Assembly (NCBI RefSeq): GCF_009914755.1
Contig: NC_060927.1
Source of the DNA: the human T2T-CHM13v2.0 reference genome, Homo sapiens
DNA length: 64,000 bases
Direction: 5' to 3' (one strand)
Shown: positions 48,872 to 63,000 of the stretch, one piece after another
How positions within the stretch are numbered: the stretch's first letter is position 1
Layout: the number at the start of each line of letters is the position of its first letter
Position numbers and translations under genes: made by a program
The notes under the pieces: model-generated
What the model was told of the DNA's origin: nothing
The model's database searches: none
Seen by the model: the letters and a program-made list of their open reading frames with translations, nothing else

Positions 48872-50204
48872 TAATAATGACTTTATAATTTGGCTTCATC
48901 CCACACATATTCCCACTGCTCCCTGAAATGCTCCCTTACTGTTTTGTTGGGAATCTTGTTCTGATCTTCAGAATATAAACACTCTTGGCTCTAGTGAATA
49001 ATCATTACAGATGATATGACAACCTGGGTGGCTTTTAAGTCATATATGGATGAATTTTGAATCAGATGCTCTCTCAAGGGGATTCTTCTTCCAGAATCCA
49101 CAGTCTCGACTCTGCCTTCATGCACTCGTAGCCCAGAATCCCTGCAGGGGCTGGTGTGCGTTTCCCATGCTTGCTGATCCTGCATATATACTTTGTAGAA
49201 ACCACTTACATTACAATTGCTCCTTTAGCTTCTGTGAATTAAAGTAGTTTTCCATTTTGGTGCTTCCTCCTAGATTATGACATATGTTGAATTTAGGTCA
49301 GTTAAAGGGCTCATGGGAAGAGTTTTTGCTAGGACTCTAATTTGTTTACTCAAGATGGAATGGAAGACCTCTTGGCACATGTCCCATGAAGCTGACTGGC
49401 CAGCAGTAGCTGTATTGAGCAAAAAGTCCATTCAGGTTCTGGAGTGGAGACTGGATCCAGTTGCTTATCGGGAGCTCTGGGAAGGGATGGGGCCCAGTCT
49501 ATTATTGTCACCAGAAAAGAAGCATACGAACTGCTTACTTTTGACAGTTGCTTAGGAATATTCAACGCAAGACCTTTATTAATATAAAGCTTCCCTGTGT
49601 TTCTTCCTCTCTGGTCACTGAATCTGTGGATGATGCAATGACAGGACGCCGACATTCTAAAACTTATTAACTCTGGGCGGATGCGTGCTCTAGAATGAGA
49701 GACAGAGTTAGTATGCTGCTAGATAGGCATGTGTTGATCACAGGTAGAAAGGGCTGCCAATGGAACAGCAAGCCAAGGCCGATGGTAATGAGTCAGGGGT
49801 TTCCGTTTCTCATCTCTTCCTCTGAAGGGCTCACCTCTCCAGGAGGGAGGGCTCACCTCTCGCCCAGGCAACTGTGCTGGCCTCCAGCTGGGTCCCCCGA
49901 CTCCAGGCTGTCCCCCTTGGATCCGTCTTCTCTGTTCAGAGTCTCTTATCTCTGTGCTGATAGTAGACCTGGTCTACTCCCCATTTTGTGTTGCTTCCAA
50001 GCTCTTGAGGGAGGGCTCTTTCATGCAGAGGACTGGGTAGTTGCTCTGTGAAATGTGTGGAACAAATGAATAAATGAATGAGAAGAGAAGGGGATAATTT
50101 TGCTGGGCAACACCCTCCATCAGTGGTTCTTGGTCTGGGGCCACATCTGAGCTATCTGTGGATGTTTTCAATAATATCCAAGTCAGGACTCCACTGCAGA
50201 CCAA

Positions 50205-50870
50205 TTGCTTCAGGAACTAGAGTGAGGCGAGGACAGCTGTGTGTTTGAAACACTCCAGCTGATTCGAATGTGCATCTCTGTGTGGAACAGCTGCCCTAGA
50301 TTGGTGGGTCTCAAACTTGATTGCACATTGGAATCATCTGGAAAGTGTTCAAACACTTTTTTTTTTTTTTTGCCCCACCCCAGTTTCTGATTCAGTAGGC
50401 CTGGGGCAGGGCCCAGGAATTTACATTTCTGACCAGTTTCCCTGCAATTACTCATGTTGTGGGTCTGGGGCCCACATTTTAAGAACAAACACCCAAGATT
50501 TTTCAACAGCTGTAATGCTTTGTGTTAACAGTACTCAGTCTTTAGCTGCATATTAAAATCATAATGGGAGCTTTCACAACATACTGTTGCCAGAGTCTCA
50601 CTGTAGCTCATTATAACTGAAATATGTGGGAGGAGCCTTGGGCATCTTTTGTTTGTGAAGTTTCCCCAGGTGATTCTCAAGCACAGTGAGGTATAAGAAA
50701 TGCTGCTCTAGATTTTTGCCACTGAAAGCATGGTCCTGCGACTGGCAGCACTGGCACTATCATTGTTTGGGAGCTTGTTAAAGACGTAGAATCTCAGGCC
50801 TTACCCTGGACCTACTGAATCTGCATTTTAACAAGACACGTGGGCAACAAAGTTTGAGAAGCACTGCTCT
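50205..50870. mobile_element. Cluster of MER5A/B (hAT-Charlie) fragments
   Basis: ctgattcagtaggcctggggcagggcccagg and aagtttgagaagcactg motifs; tctaga-type targets. Confidence 0.75.
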
Positions 50871-51162
50871 AGAGAGCTCTCTTCATCTCCTATGCTCAAA
50901 GAATGATTTGTTTCTTATCTCCAATATTACAGTGCAAATTCCCTCAGGATAGGCTTCTTGATTAATTTATCCTCAAGCCTACAGCACCTAACACAGTGCC
51001 TTTTTTCATACAGAGGTGCTCAATAAATATTTTTGAATGAATAGATTTTCCTGTGAGTGTTATCTCCAAGGTACTTACACACTTTTCTTCTTCCCACCAT
51101 CTGCTCCTACTACCTTCCAGGTAACATATACCTCACATTGTCATATCACTTTAATCACCTCC

Positions 51163-51553
51163 TGGTAGACTTTGAATGTTTTCACTCTCTGAATCTTATG
51201 TTGGAATGTGATCCTCAGAATTGGAGGTAGGGCCTAGTCGGGGGTGTTTGGGTCATGAGGGAGGATCCCTCATGAATGGCCTGGTCCCTTCCTCATGGGA
51301 ATGAGTGAGTTCTTGCTGTTAGTTTACAATTTAAAGGAGCCTGGCACCTCCTTCTCTCTCTCACTCCTCCTCTTGCTATGTGACATGCCTGCCCCCCCCT
51401 TGCCTTCTACCATGAGTAAAAGCTTCCTGAAGCCTCACTAGAAGCCAACTATAGCCACTGCCAGGCAGAAATGTGAGCCAAATAAACCTCTTTTCTTTAC
51501 AAATTACTCAGCCTCAGGTATTCATTTATAGCAATGCAAAACAATCTAACACA
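51163..51553 (+). mobile_element. MST (MaLR) solo LTR
   Basis: ggatccctcatgaatggc...aataaacctcttttc...ctaacaca. Confidence 0.85.
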
Positions 51554-52004
51554 CCCCCAAACCTAACATCATTAAAAATATATCTCATGGGTAGTAATCA
51601 TTTTAGACTTGCTTGGTATTTCAAGGAAAAACAATCTGGACTCCTTAGGCTCCATTTTTCTAGAACTCGTTGCTACCCAAAGGTTTGCTGTGTGGGCCCA
51701 AGGCTTTGGTTTCATCTGCTCTCACATAATGGAAGTTAACATTCTTCTCAGAATTTCCATCACCATGGTTACTGGCACTGAGTGGCTTCCCTTAGAATCT
51801 CAGAAACATTCCTGTAATTATTTTTTTCTGGTAATGTATAGAAATTAAAACAAAAATTAAAGATGCCCTATCACTGGGCACTGTTCATTTGCCTCACCAC
51901 GGTAGAAATGTTTTACCTTTAGAGCCATTTTAATGCTCTTGAGAAATGGTCAAGTTGAACATCTTTGGGAATCAGTCAATCTCAGGAGGCTTCTAGAAGC
52001 CAAG

Positions 52005-52518
52005 TGTGGTCAGCAGAAGAATGCCCCTCCAAGTCCCAATTAGTCCTAATTATTCTACATCTTAATCATCCCCCGCTTCCCAACATGTGAACATTACCTT
52101 ATCTGGCAAAAGGGTCTTTGCAGATGTGATTAAGGTTAAGGACCTTGAGATTGGGAGCTTATCCTAGATTATCCCAGTGGGCCCAATGTCATCAAAGGAG
52201 TTCTTAAAAGCTGAGAATCTTTTCTGGCTATGGCAAACCAGAGAGATGGCAGTGTCAGAAGAGCTTGACCTGCCAGGAATGGGGAAAAGGGACCAGGAGC
52301 TAAGAAATGAGCATAGTCTCTAGAAGCTAGAAAAGGCAAGGAGACAGATTCTGTCCTAGGGCTTCCACAGAGGCACCAGCCCTGCTGACACTTTGATTTT
52401 AGCCTAATGACACCTGCGTTGGACTTTTGATCTACAGAACTGTCAGACAACAAATTTGTGTTGTTTGAGCCACCAAGTTTGTGGTGATTTGTTATAGCAG
52501 AAATAGAAAACTAATGCA
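52005..52518 (+). mobile_element. MLT1D-like (MaLR) solo LTR
   Basis: tgtggtcagcagaagaatg...ctttgcagatgtgattaaggttaagg...gaaaactaatgca. Confidence 0.85.
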
Positions 52519-52963
52519 GAGAGCAAGGCACCTTTTTGTTTCTAGGTATGTTTGGAGGTAAAGACCAGGTTACAAGCATCCAGTGACAAGTCTGTGTTGT
52601 TACATTCTTTTGCATCACATAGATCGTCTCAGTTATCAGAAAATGATTTTGTATTTTGGCATAAACTCTGTTTCTAAAATTTCCATCCTTCCCCTCCCTT
52701 GATGTGAAGTAAACTTCAGAGGATCCGGTGTCGGGATGGAAGGGTAATGAATGTGGCAAGTTGTGTTTGAGTTTGAAGAGTATAGATGTGCCCCCAAATA
52801 TCTACTCTCACCCAATGTTTGAAATTTCATTATTAGAGACCCATGGCTTGCATCTTCTTCAGTTTTCCTCTATTACAGGCACTTATACCTCCAGAGAGGT
52901 AACTGCTATAAGCCCTTGTAGGAGAATTTGGTTACTTTACCACTCCCTGTGGGATGGATATGA

Positions 52964-53317
<354 letters not shown>

Positions 53318-53544
53318 TGATTTTGTCAAGAACTATTTATCTAAGATAGTCAAGGAAAGTTAAATGAGATGCTGAAGGAAAATTGTGTGTGTGTGTTTAT
53401 TTAGTGCCTATTCAGTGCCAGGTGTTTTATTTAGGCTACTGCATCTAGCCTTTCAACAGTTCTGTAAAATGTCAGGTGAGGGGTTTTCTTTTACACTACT
53501 TACAAGCTAATAAATTAACCTATTAATGTTTAAAATGTATTTTC

Positions 53545-53963
53545 CAGCGAGTATTAGTCTCTTATTTCTGATGCTAGCCAAAGACCTGAGACTCCTAGGT
53601 CAGAGACAAAGAACTTTATTACTCACCATCACAGCAAAGAGCATCAGCATCAGCTCCCTTTGCTACTAAGATTCAAAGGGCAAGCTGACACAGATCCAGA
53701 GGTATACTATACGCACAGTGGGTTTGTGTCATAGCCAAGGAACATTGAGCTTGAAGAATCTACTACTTTTATAGCAAGTAGTAAGTAGTTGTGTTCTTTG
53801 TTCCAGGGTGGGAGACATTACTTTGTCCCTCAAGTTGCTCACTGCAAGCACAACCCTGACAAATAGCCTGGGTAAAGAGTACACAGGGCCTTGGATTCTT
53901 GGCATACCCTACGCGCTGCATATGGGTTTGAGAGATCCATGGAGAGAACTGTCTCTCCCAACA
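53545..53963 (-). mobile_element. Solo ERV LTR (family uncertain)
   Basis: Minus strand starts tgttgggagagacagttctctccatgg and has an internal AATAAA. Confidence 0.55.
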
Positions 53964-55489
53964 CAAAATAGGTATTATTATTCCTATTTCACAAACAGGA
54001 AAGTTGAGGTAAAAGAAAGTTAAACATCTAATGTAAGGAAACAAGGGGTAGTGAGACCAGGATTCAAATCTGTATCTATATTCTGAAGCCCATGATCTTT
54101 TTACCATATGTTGCTGTCTACTGGGAGGGCTCTTGGAAAAATAATTATACCACATTGGTCTTTTATTATGATTCACAAGATAACAAATGCAAACTTAATA
54201 TTAAAAAATGTCCAGAAGGTGCTGAGATTTCTGATGGGTATGCAAAGATATGTATGTATTCATCCACTCATTTACATATATTTCTAAAAACCATCTATGT
54301 ATCTGCCCCTGTGGTAGGAATGGATGGAGAGAAAGGAGTAGAAAAATTAAGAATTTGTTCATTTGTGAAATGTCTCAGTGCCACTTAACACAACAGTGTT
54401 TTAAATTTCCAAATTCAAAACTTAAGAGTCTGTAGAACTTTGACATTCGGAAAGGTTGCCTTTTCTGAACTCCTAATTACTTTAAATTGAAAGTCACTTC
54501 AATCTCTTTTCTGCAGCTTCTCTGGACTTTTGGTTTCATTGAAGTATAATCTAGGCAGCTTCAGTGGGAATTTATCACTGTATTAAGGAAGAAGATACAT
54601 TTTGATTCTGGAAAACTCAATCTCTTTTTTAAAAGTCCACATGTAAAAAGACATTTGGAATAAATTTTAATGTGATTCATTGGAAAAATTCTTTCAATTT
54701 GAACTCTCTGCTCATACAAAAGGATCAACTCATTAAGTTCTCCAGCGTCTCCAAGGAAGATGGTGATAATGGAGGGCTAAATTGTGGCACTTCCGTGTTT
54801 CTGATAAAAGCTGAGAATGAAAAAAAAAAATGTGACCCCTTTGACATTACTTATTTAAATACATTACTTATCAAAAACAATTATGGTTGTGGGCTTTGGA
54901 GCAGGGAAATTCTCAGCTTCCAGAAAGCCTATGGAAAATATCATTGAAGTGTAACCCCTTTCACTCGCCCCATTCCTGTCTCTTCTATTGGTCTAATTTT
55001 GAGATTTTATATTCCTTATGGATGAACTCCTAGAGATCTTTGTCTGGAACCAGGTCTACTTTGAAGGTTGAAACAGTGATTAATATGCCTGTGTATTAGT
55101 CACATAAAAATGTCTGGAAGGATGTCTCTCCACTCACATGTCACTGTGGCTATCCTGGGGCCATGGACTCACAGGAGGTTCTTTTGCATTCTCACCGGAG
55201 GGTGGGTTACTTCAGGTGGAGCAAGAATTCTCTCCTTGTCCCTGGCTTTCCAATATGCAGTTCACTTCACCCTGGGTTGTTGCCTCCTTTCTTTCTTGCA
55301 AATAGCACATGTATAGTTCTTCCTTAGTGCAAGTGGGTGGGTGTTTGGTGGTGAAAGAGAAAGGGGAAGGTGGGCATGCAGAAACAATTGGGGCTGCCAT
55401 GCTGGTCAGGCTGTTTTCCCCCAGGCCTCTTTGGGTGTTGGTAGGCATAGGGTTGGTGGTACCTTGGGCCAGCTGGACCTTTCTTTCTC

Positions 55490-56090
55490 TTCGTTCATTT
55501 CACAATTACTTACTGAGTGAGGGTATGTGCCAGATACTTCCAGGGGATATAGCAGTAAACAAAGCAAATTCCCTCTTTCATGGAGTTTACATTCTAGTAG
55601 ACAATTAAAAGATAAAAACATCTAAAATACGAAGTATATCAGGCCATGACAAGGGATGGGAAGAATAGCAGACCAGGGTAGAGCAGATGGAGAGTGAAGG
55701 AAGATAAAGGTAAAGGGAGCGATTTTTTCAGGTGAAGAGGAAAATCCTTCCTGATAAGGTGCTATTTGAGTGGAGGCCTGATGGAAAGGATGGAAGGGGC
55801 TCAGGGGCTGCTATTTCAGGCAGAGGGAACAGTACACAGAGTACTGAAGTGTGAATGTCCTTGGGCTTTTCAAGGAACAGAAGATAGTTCAGTGTAGCCA
55901 GGGCAGAGTGAGAGAGCTGAGAGTATAGGGAAAGAGGACAGGGGGTTAACTGTGCCCCAGGCCCTGTACAGCCTTGCAGGCCACAGTGTGAGGGCCTGAA
56001 GATCTTAGTTGGGTAAGCAGGAAGCAACAGGGGAATACTGAACTGAGAAGTGACTTGCTAGAATGTGTTTTAGAAGAAACATTGTTATCT
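55490..56090 (-). mobile_element. L2 3' fragment
   Basis: ttcgttcatttcacaattacttactgag...tcatggagtttacattctagt...tcaggcagagggaacag. Confidence 0.8.
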
Positions 56091-56456
56091 TGTCTTTAAT
56101 TTATTTAAAATATTTTATACTGGACAGTGGGTTTTAACACTTAATGACCTTTTTTCATTAAGTGTTGAAGAAGTACATCACTATGTTACTGGGTATATTT
56201 AATAATTACATTCAATATTGTAGTGAAATAGGGACGTGATGCTTTCCAGAAGAGAAAATAATCAAATAGAGATTTACAAAGCCATTTGCTCATATCTCCA
56301 TGACGGACACAAGCCTTAGTCTTTATGCACAGGTGTATGAGAAATGTAAATCTTTATCTTCCCATCAATATACTCCCAGCATGAGCTCCATTATTCTGGG
56401 GGTTCCTTCTTCTATCTGAGTTTCATGTAAGTCAGGGGGTTAGGATGCAACAGAAC

Positions 56457-56630
56457 AGCGATTCTCCAAGTGTGGTTCCCAGAGCTGCAACATCAGCATC
56501 ACCTGAGAACTTGTTAGAAATGCAGATTCTCACTCTCCACCCCAGGCCTGCTGAATCAGGAACTGTGTGGCTGGGCTCAGGAATCTGTGATAACAAGCTT
56601 TCTAGATAATTTTGATGCACATTAAAATCT
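56457..56630. mobile_element. MER5A-like
   Basis: cagcgattctccaagtgtggttccc...ttgttagaaatgcagattctc. Confidence 0.85.
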
Positions 56631-57110
56631 GGGAAAATTTTCTTATGGTGTCAAGTCGTGGGTGAGGACAGCTAGTCTGTAATGTCGTCAGTCCACAGTC
56701 CACAATGGCATCAGCTGAGACGTTGTCTTCCCCTGTTGATCCACGCAGGGTCCAGCTTTGCTCCTCATGCCTGACTGCAAGCTCTTTCATGTCAAGTTTT
56801 CTCTTTCTCTCAGCTAATTTTTGGGCCATTCTTATGGCCCTGTTCATATGATGATTCTATTATTTCTCTATCAAATTGAGCTTTGGGAAATTTTGTGGTT
56901 GTTATCTAAACTCAGGCTACTTTGGGTCTCTCTCAACATCGTGAAATTATCCTGCCATTTCCTTGTTACTCTGAGGCTTGGAGAACTCATACATCACATG
57001 TCCATTTCTTTTATGGGGTCTTGCTGTCTTCATAGCCTCAGCCCAAGAATGGGAGTCCAAGTCTTCTTCACTCTCAAATTGCCCCATATTTAACTGAAGT
57101 TTCTTTCACT

Positions 57111-57241
57111 TTCCTTCTCCCCTCAATAGTCAAGAGAATGTTTTCCTTCTCCCCTCAATAGTCAAGAGAATGTTTTCCTTCTCCCCTCAATAGTCAAGAG
57201 AATGTTCTCCTTCTCCCTTCAATAGTCAAGAGAATGTTTTC
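57111..57241. repeat. Minisatellite, 4 x 32 bp
   Basis: ttccttctcccctcaatagtcaagagaatgtt x3 identical plus 1 copy with 2 changes. Confidence 0.97.
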
Positions 57242-57768
57242 TAGTCTCAGGCAAGAAAATTTGCCTTGTTCTAGAAGAATCTCACCTACAGCACAAGCTA
57301 TCCATCATCAAGGTAGATAAAGACACCTGGGGAAAGATCTCAAACAATAGCTTCTCTCATTGATGAAACAATTGTGCTGTTTTAATTTATTAATTGAAAA
57401 ACATTATTGTAAGCATAATACATCTCGTTTTAAAAATGTGCCTGTATATGTGCCAAATGCCTCTCAGGTGGTTCTTAGATGCCTCAAATTTGGGAAGTCC
57501 TGAACAATATCCTCAGGACTGAAGCTGCCCACATCTTTTCTCTTATTGATTACTAACCTTTCATGGACCCAGTGAGTCAGATTCTGTGGGTTTGGGTGTG
57601 AACTGTATCATTTATATATTGTCTGCTTTTCTTTTGTCCTCACTAGCTTGCAAAAATTAAAGGCAGGTAATTATCATTTTAGGCACTGTCAACATGAATA
57701 CAAATGAATGATTGAAATTTTATTTGGTTTTGAGTTGATCTAGATGATAAAAAATATATGTAAGTTTT

Positions 57769-58377
57769 TTTTAAATTATACTTTAAGTTCCGGGATACAT
57801 GTACAGAACGTGCAGGTTTGTTACATAGGTATACACATGCCATGGTAGTTTGCTGCACTCATCAACCCGCCTAATGCTATCCCTCCCCTAGCTTCCCATC
57901 CCCTGACAGGCCCCAGTGTGTGATGTTACCCTCCCTGTGTCCATGTGTTCTCACTGTTCAGCTCCAACTTATGAGTGAGAACTTGCAGTGTTTGGTTTTC
58001 TGTTTCTGTCTTAGTTTGCTGAGAATGATGGTTTCCAGCTTCATCCATGTCTCATCATCACTGGTCATTAGAGAAATGCAAATCAAAACCACAATGAGAT
58101 ACCATTTCACGCCAGTTAGAATGGTGATCATTAAAAAGTCAGAAAACAACAGATGCTGGAGACGATGTGAAATAGCAACGCTTTTACCCTATTGGTGGGA
58201 GTGTAAATCAGTTCAATCCTTGTAGAAGACAGTGTGGCTATTCCTGAAGGATCTAGAACCAGAAATACCATTTGACCCAGAAATCCCATTACTGGGTATA
58301 GATCCAAAGGATTATAAATCATTCTACTATAAAGACAGATGCACAAGTATGTTTATTGCAGTACTGTTCACAATAGC
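57769..58377 (-). mobile_element. L1PA7/8-like 3' end with 5' inversion (twin priming)
   Basis: TSD aaaaatatatgtaagtttt at 57750-57768 and 58378-58396; orientation flips at ~58050/58051. Confidence 0.93.
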
Positions 58378-61300
58378 AAAAATATATGTAAGTTTTAAAA
58401 ATTACTTTGGAATGAAAATGGAGATTAAAAAAATTTTTAATAAACATTTTGTTAACATCTGAGAATAAGTTCTCAGAAACCCAGGGATACTTGGTTTAAG
58501 TTAAGGATATACTGGTTTTGAATCTCTGGAGTCAGTGGTTTTATTTTTGTATGCCATGGACACCATGCCTTTTGGAATTATGGCACTTCTTTCTCCTTGC
58601 CACTCTTGCCCCAGTATCCCTGTCTGTATCAGATGTATTTGTGCATTTTGTTTTTTCAGGGAGATATATGGTCTTATTTTTGGAGAGAAAGAAGCTGCAC
58701 TTGGATGTGGAATGAAAGGATTCCTGGAGATGATGAAACTGATTGCATTTGCAATGTTTTTATGACAAGCTGGATGTCATCAATCCTTGTAAATATGTGA
58801 CTCGTAATCACTATTTTGGAGGAAGAAGTTGCACCAGCACATTTTTAGTTTTGCTTATAATCCACAGTAATTTAAAGTGGTCAGAATCTAATTATGCCCA
58901 TTTCTGATAGACATTCAAAATAAGCCAGTTTCTTAGCTCTAAAGCTTCATGAGGCGCCCATGCAGGAGTAGCTGAGATCTTATAAGAAGAACAGAAAATA
59001 CAACCCCCTTACCCTGTCTATTTTAAGGCACCCCTCTGTCAAAGTGCACTTCCCATTTCCCAGATACCTTTGCATGGAATCACCATGGCATTGAATGAAA
59101 GTGTTCTGAAACGTGGAAGAAGAATTAACTCCTTGAGGAACATGTTTTAAAAGTTCTATTTGTCTCTGCTACATGAATTGTCAGAGAAGCCTCTCAAACT
59201 GCCCACTGGCTGTGATTTTGGGCTATATCATTAGTCAGCCAAGCTGATTAAGACTAATTTTGGTCAAAATAAATTCGTGCCTGAGCAAACAACCCATGTG
59301 CAGAATCTCAACCAAAGGCAATTAAATCGAGATTCCTTTTATGATGGAGACTCAATAACTACTGTGGTTTTTGACATCATTCTAATGAACCAACGGCAAA
59401 GAAATGTCCCCAGTGTATCAGACTATCCTAGAATTTATTTTCTATATTTCTTCTCACTTTAGAGTTGCTCTTTGATTCTGGCACATCATTCTCTCTGATA
59501 ATGGTTTCAAATCAGCTTGTCTGATTCATGGCTGCACAGAGAAGGTTTTCTCAGGAGCTAGTGGAATGGTTATTAAAAAAAACATGGAGAGGCAGATGGT
59601 AGGCTATTTTACTGGCTCATCTGCTTTTGCAGGGAATGATTATACATTCAAAGTAAGTGGCACCAGAAGTGAAATCTAACTGAGGTTGATCTCCCATGTT
59701 TCCTTGTAGAGAACATAAAATACAGCAGCAGAGACAGCCTAAAAGCTGATCCCTGAGGACATGGTCATGGTCGTGATACAACCTGGGGCTGAAGCAGATC
59801 TGAGAGGTCATTTATTTGAGGTTCCAGCCTTCTTACAACCTCGTTGTCATGATATTTCAGTCTTTGCTTGAACACCTTGAGTGATGGGGGAACTCATTAT
59901 TTGCATTTGTAGGCAGTTAATTGCGATATAATTCTCCCTTCTTTTGAGCTGATATTGACTTCTGAGTAGTATCCATTTATCCATTCATTAATCCTGGCTA
60001 TACTCTTTGGAAGCAGCACAGAACAAATTGATTTTCTGTTCCACCTGGCAGCTAGCTTGGGTGTGAACTAGAATGCCATCTCAAGTCTTCTACAGGCTAA
60101 CTGTTCCCAATTCCTTGGGTCATTCCCCATATGAAATGGGTTGGGTACTGGTTCATAAGCCTCTGGACTGGGGGAAACTAGGAAGAGACAGATAGTTTAA
60201 ACTTGCTTAACCCACATTCATGACACAAACAAATTGAACATTCAATACCAGGCCCATAAAAATGAAAGACATTGTCAATTGGATTTTAGAGGATAAAGTA
60301 GGAGTAGTGGCAGCAAAGACTGTCTCTCAGGTTTCCTCATCCTTGTCCCAGGCAGCATAGCCTTAGGTCCAGTGTCTCTGTAGACTGGTGATGATGCAAA
60401 GGAGACTTAGTGGCTCTACTCTGGCCCTTTAAATAAAGTTGACTCACACACTCAGCACCTAGACTTGGCTTAAACATATAAGAATTTCTAGATCAGAGGT
60501 TTCCAGAACTCTACTGGAGATTTAGGGATCCCTAGAGACAGATTTACTTTGGGGACTTTGGGGTGGCTGAATGGCCTTTTCTCTTTTACGTTTTGGAGTT
60601 TCACATTCAATATTGTCAATTAGAAAAATAGATTCTGCGGCTGGAAGACCATCTATCAACCAGGACTGTCTACTGCTTTCTCTTTTTTTTCTCTCTTTTC
60701 TTCCCATGTCATCTTCAGGCCATTTTTAATGTCATCTTCCTGGCTCCAAGGCCATAGATTGTGCTTCTCACCCAGGATTCTGTTATCCAATCATTTAATG
60801 TCCATTTTCTTGCAGTAACTGCTACAACATGGGTGACTCAGGGAAGAGATAGTAAAGAGATGGTTAAAACCTGGCAGTTTTGTGGGGGAATGGCCTTAGG
60901 CGCAGGGACTTGAGATAATCATACTCTGTATTTTATGATGGCTACAATTTATTTCATTTTTTTCCCTTCATCTCTTCTATACAGGCACCCAGTGTAAAGT
61001 GCTTGATGTATGTCCTTGGTTATATATGATTCCATGCAAAATGTATGGTACTCCTTTGTGTTTGCAGTTTACATAAATAGTATTGTGTTATAGATCTTTT
61101 TGTTTTGTTGTTGTTGTTTTTACAAGTTTCAATATGCAGGTCTATTTCAATGCTTTCTATGCTGCAGTGATTTCCATGGTAGGTATCCCTCCACCCAGTA
61201 TTTATCTCCTCTTGCCTTCTCTGAACTCAGCTCCTTAATATTGCAAAGTATGTGATGCTAGGATTCCTATGCCTATAGGTCTCTGTAAGAGCTTGAGGTA

Positions 61301-62407
61301 TTTTCCCAGAATGGGAATCCTGGCTCTAGGAAAAATGGGCTGAACCCTCTCTCACTAGCGGGAGATGGGGTCCTTATCTTTTTATATTCCTGTTAATGCT
61401 TGGTATTTTCTGTCTACCTAATCTGCGGGTATAGAGCGATGTCAGTTTTCATATTTCTGATTACTCGTGAGGTGGGGGATCTCTTGATATACTTGTTAGC
61501 CATTTGGGCCTCTCCTTCTATGAATATTCTATTTTACTATGGCATTTTATGTATTTTTCTTGTTGATTTGCAAAATCTACCTGCATATTCCTGACGTTAA
61601 TTCTGTGACATTTCAGATATTGCAAATATCTTATCATAAAAAATTCTCTTTTTAATGGATCTGAATTTGTTTTGCTATGTTTTGTTTAAGACTTGTTGTT
61701 TTCCTTTAATTGCAGGTGTGAGTGAAAGTTGGGCTTTTATTATTGCTTTCCTGTGGAAAATTCCACAAGAACCTTCAATTTACTAATTTATTCCCACGTC
61801 TAAGTACAGTCTTAAGTAAACGTATCTACCAGATGTCAGCTAGAGCCCTCTCTTCATGTAGCTAGAGCTACATGAAACTGCTTTGAAAAACTCTTCTCTC
61901 AATTCTTTAAATTAGACAAAATAACCCCCAGAATCCTATGCATTCTGGGATAATTACATTATTAAGATCCCCTTTGTTTTGGCGCTCACCAGTTCTATAT
62001 AAACATGATACCTGAATGTCTCTTTTCGTTCGTTTCCACAAGAAATTCATCTGCATCATGCATTTGCTAATAAGATGATTATCTAAAGTTGAGAGAGCTA
62101 CAGTATGGTGTCACATCTTGAAACATAAGTGTTCCTGTCATCTTGTTTGCTTTCCCTCCCCACTTCCAGCCTCCATTACTGTAAATTCTTTTTCAATTAT
62201 GCAGAGCAATTTGGCTCTCCCAAAACTTGATCAGACCCTCAAATGCTTAGCAAACTAAATGTCCTCTTGTCAGACTGACATATCTAGTAGCCAGCTGGGT
62301 TATACATAGGTCCTACAAAGAGAAATTACATTTTATGTTGCAACACCAATGAGTGGTTTTGCATGGACACAATCTAATGAGAGGTCAGGTAACCTTCCTT
62401 TATAATG

Positions 62408-62410
<3 letters not shown>

Positions 62411-62438
<28 letters not shown>
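62411..62438. repeat. Poly(T)28 tract
   Basis: Directly visible; no adjoining retroelement body recognised. Confidence 0.95.
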
Positions 62439-63000
62439 GCATTAGAGTAGGTGAACCTTTTAGGAAGGGAAATGACAAATATTTCCAGAGCAGACTTGCT
62501 TTTTTGTTTTTGTAAGGGGCTAAGGCTTTACCCTGGTCTCAGTGCAGGTTGTAAAAAGAACATGGGTCTTAGAACCCCAAGATCTCTGACAATTGGCAAA
62601 AGTGTCATCTTAGATAAGTTGCCTATTCACACTGAGTCCCATGTCCCTGTTGCCAAATGAGAATACTAACACCTACTTCCATATTTGTTTGGAGGATTAG
62701 AGGTAATATAAAGGGTCTAGTATGATTTCTGGCATAGAGTAGGTGTTAGGTGTTCATTACATGCTCTGCAATTGTTACATACTCCAACAAGATAGTGAAG
62801 AACTCTGGGAGGCAGCACAAACACCTAGCGCATCCTTTGGGGTGGTTGCTGGGACTCTTGAGTGGAAAGTAACAATGAATGGAACTTTTGTCAAAGTGCT
62901 GGGGGAAACAGAGGTGAATTTTCTGAAATGTTCAACTGGATTCTCACAAAGTAGTTCACTTACCAATGAAAAATCTTTGGTGATCTCAAATTCTTCATCT

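Noticed and set aside
56136-56166. 12-bp-arm hairpin aacacttaatga/tcattaagtgtt
   Set aside because: Too short for a miRNA precursor, AT-rich, with no other support
57111-57241. 32-bp repeats as a CRISPR-like array
   Set aside because: Head-to-tail units with no spacers, in primate DNA
61853-61876. 11-bp-arm palindrome ttcatgtagct-ag-agctacatgaa
   Set aside because: Probably a local template-switch scar; no evidence of function
62411-62447. Poly(T)28 as an orphan poly(A) insertion or splice acceptor
   Set aside because: No TSD found and no convincing downstream exon or donor
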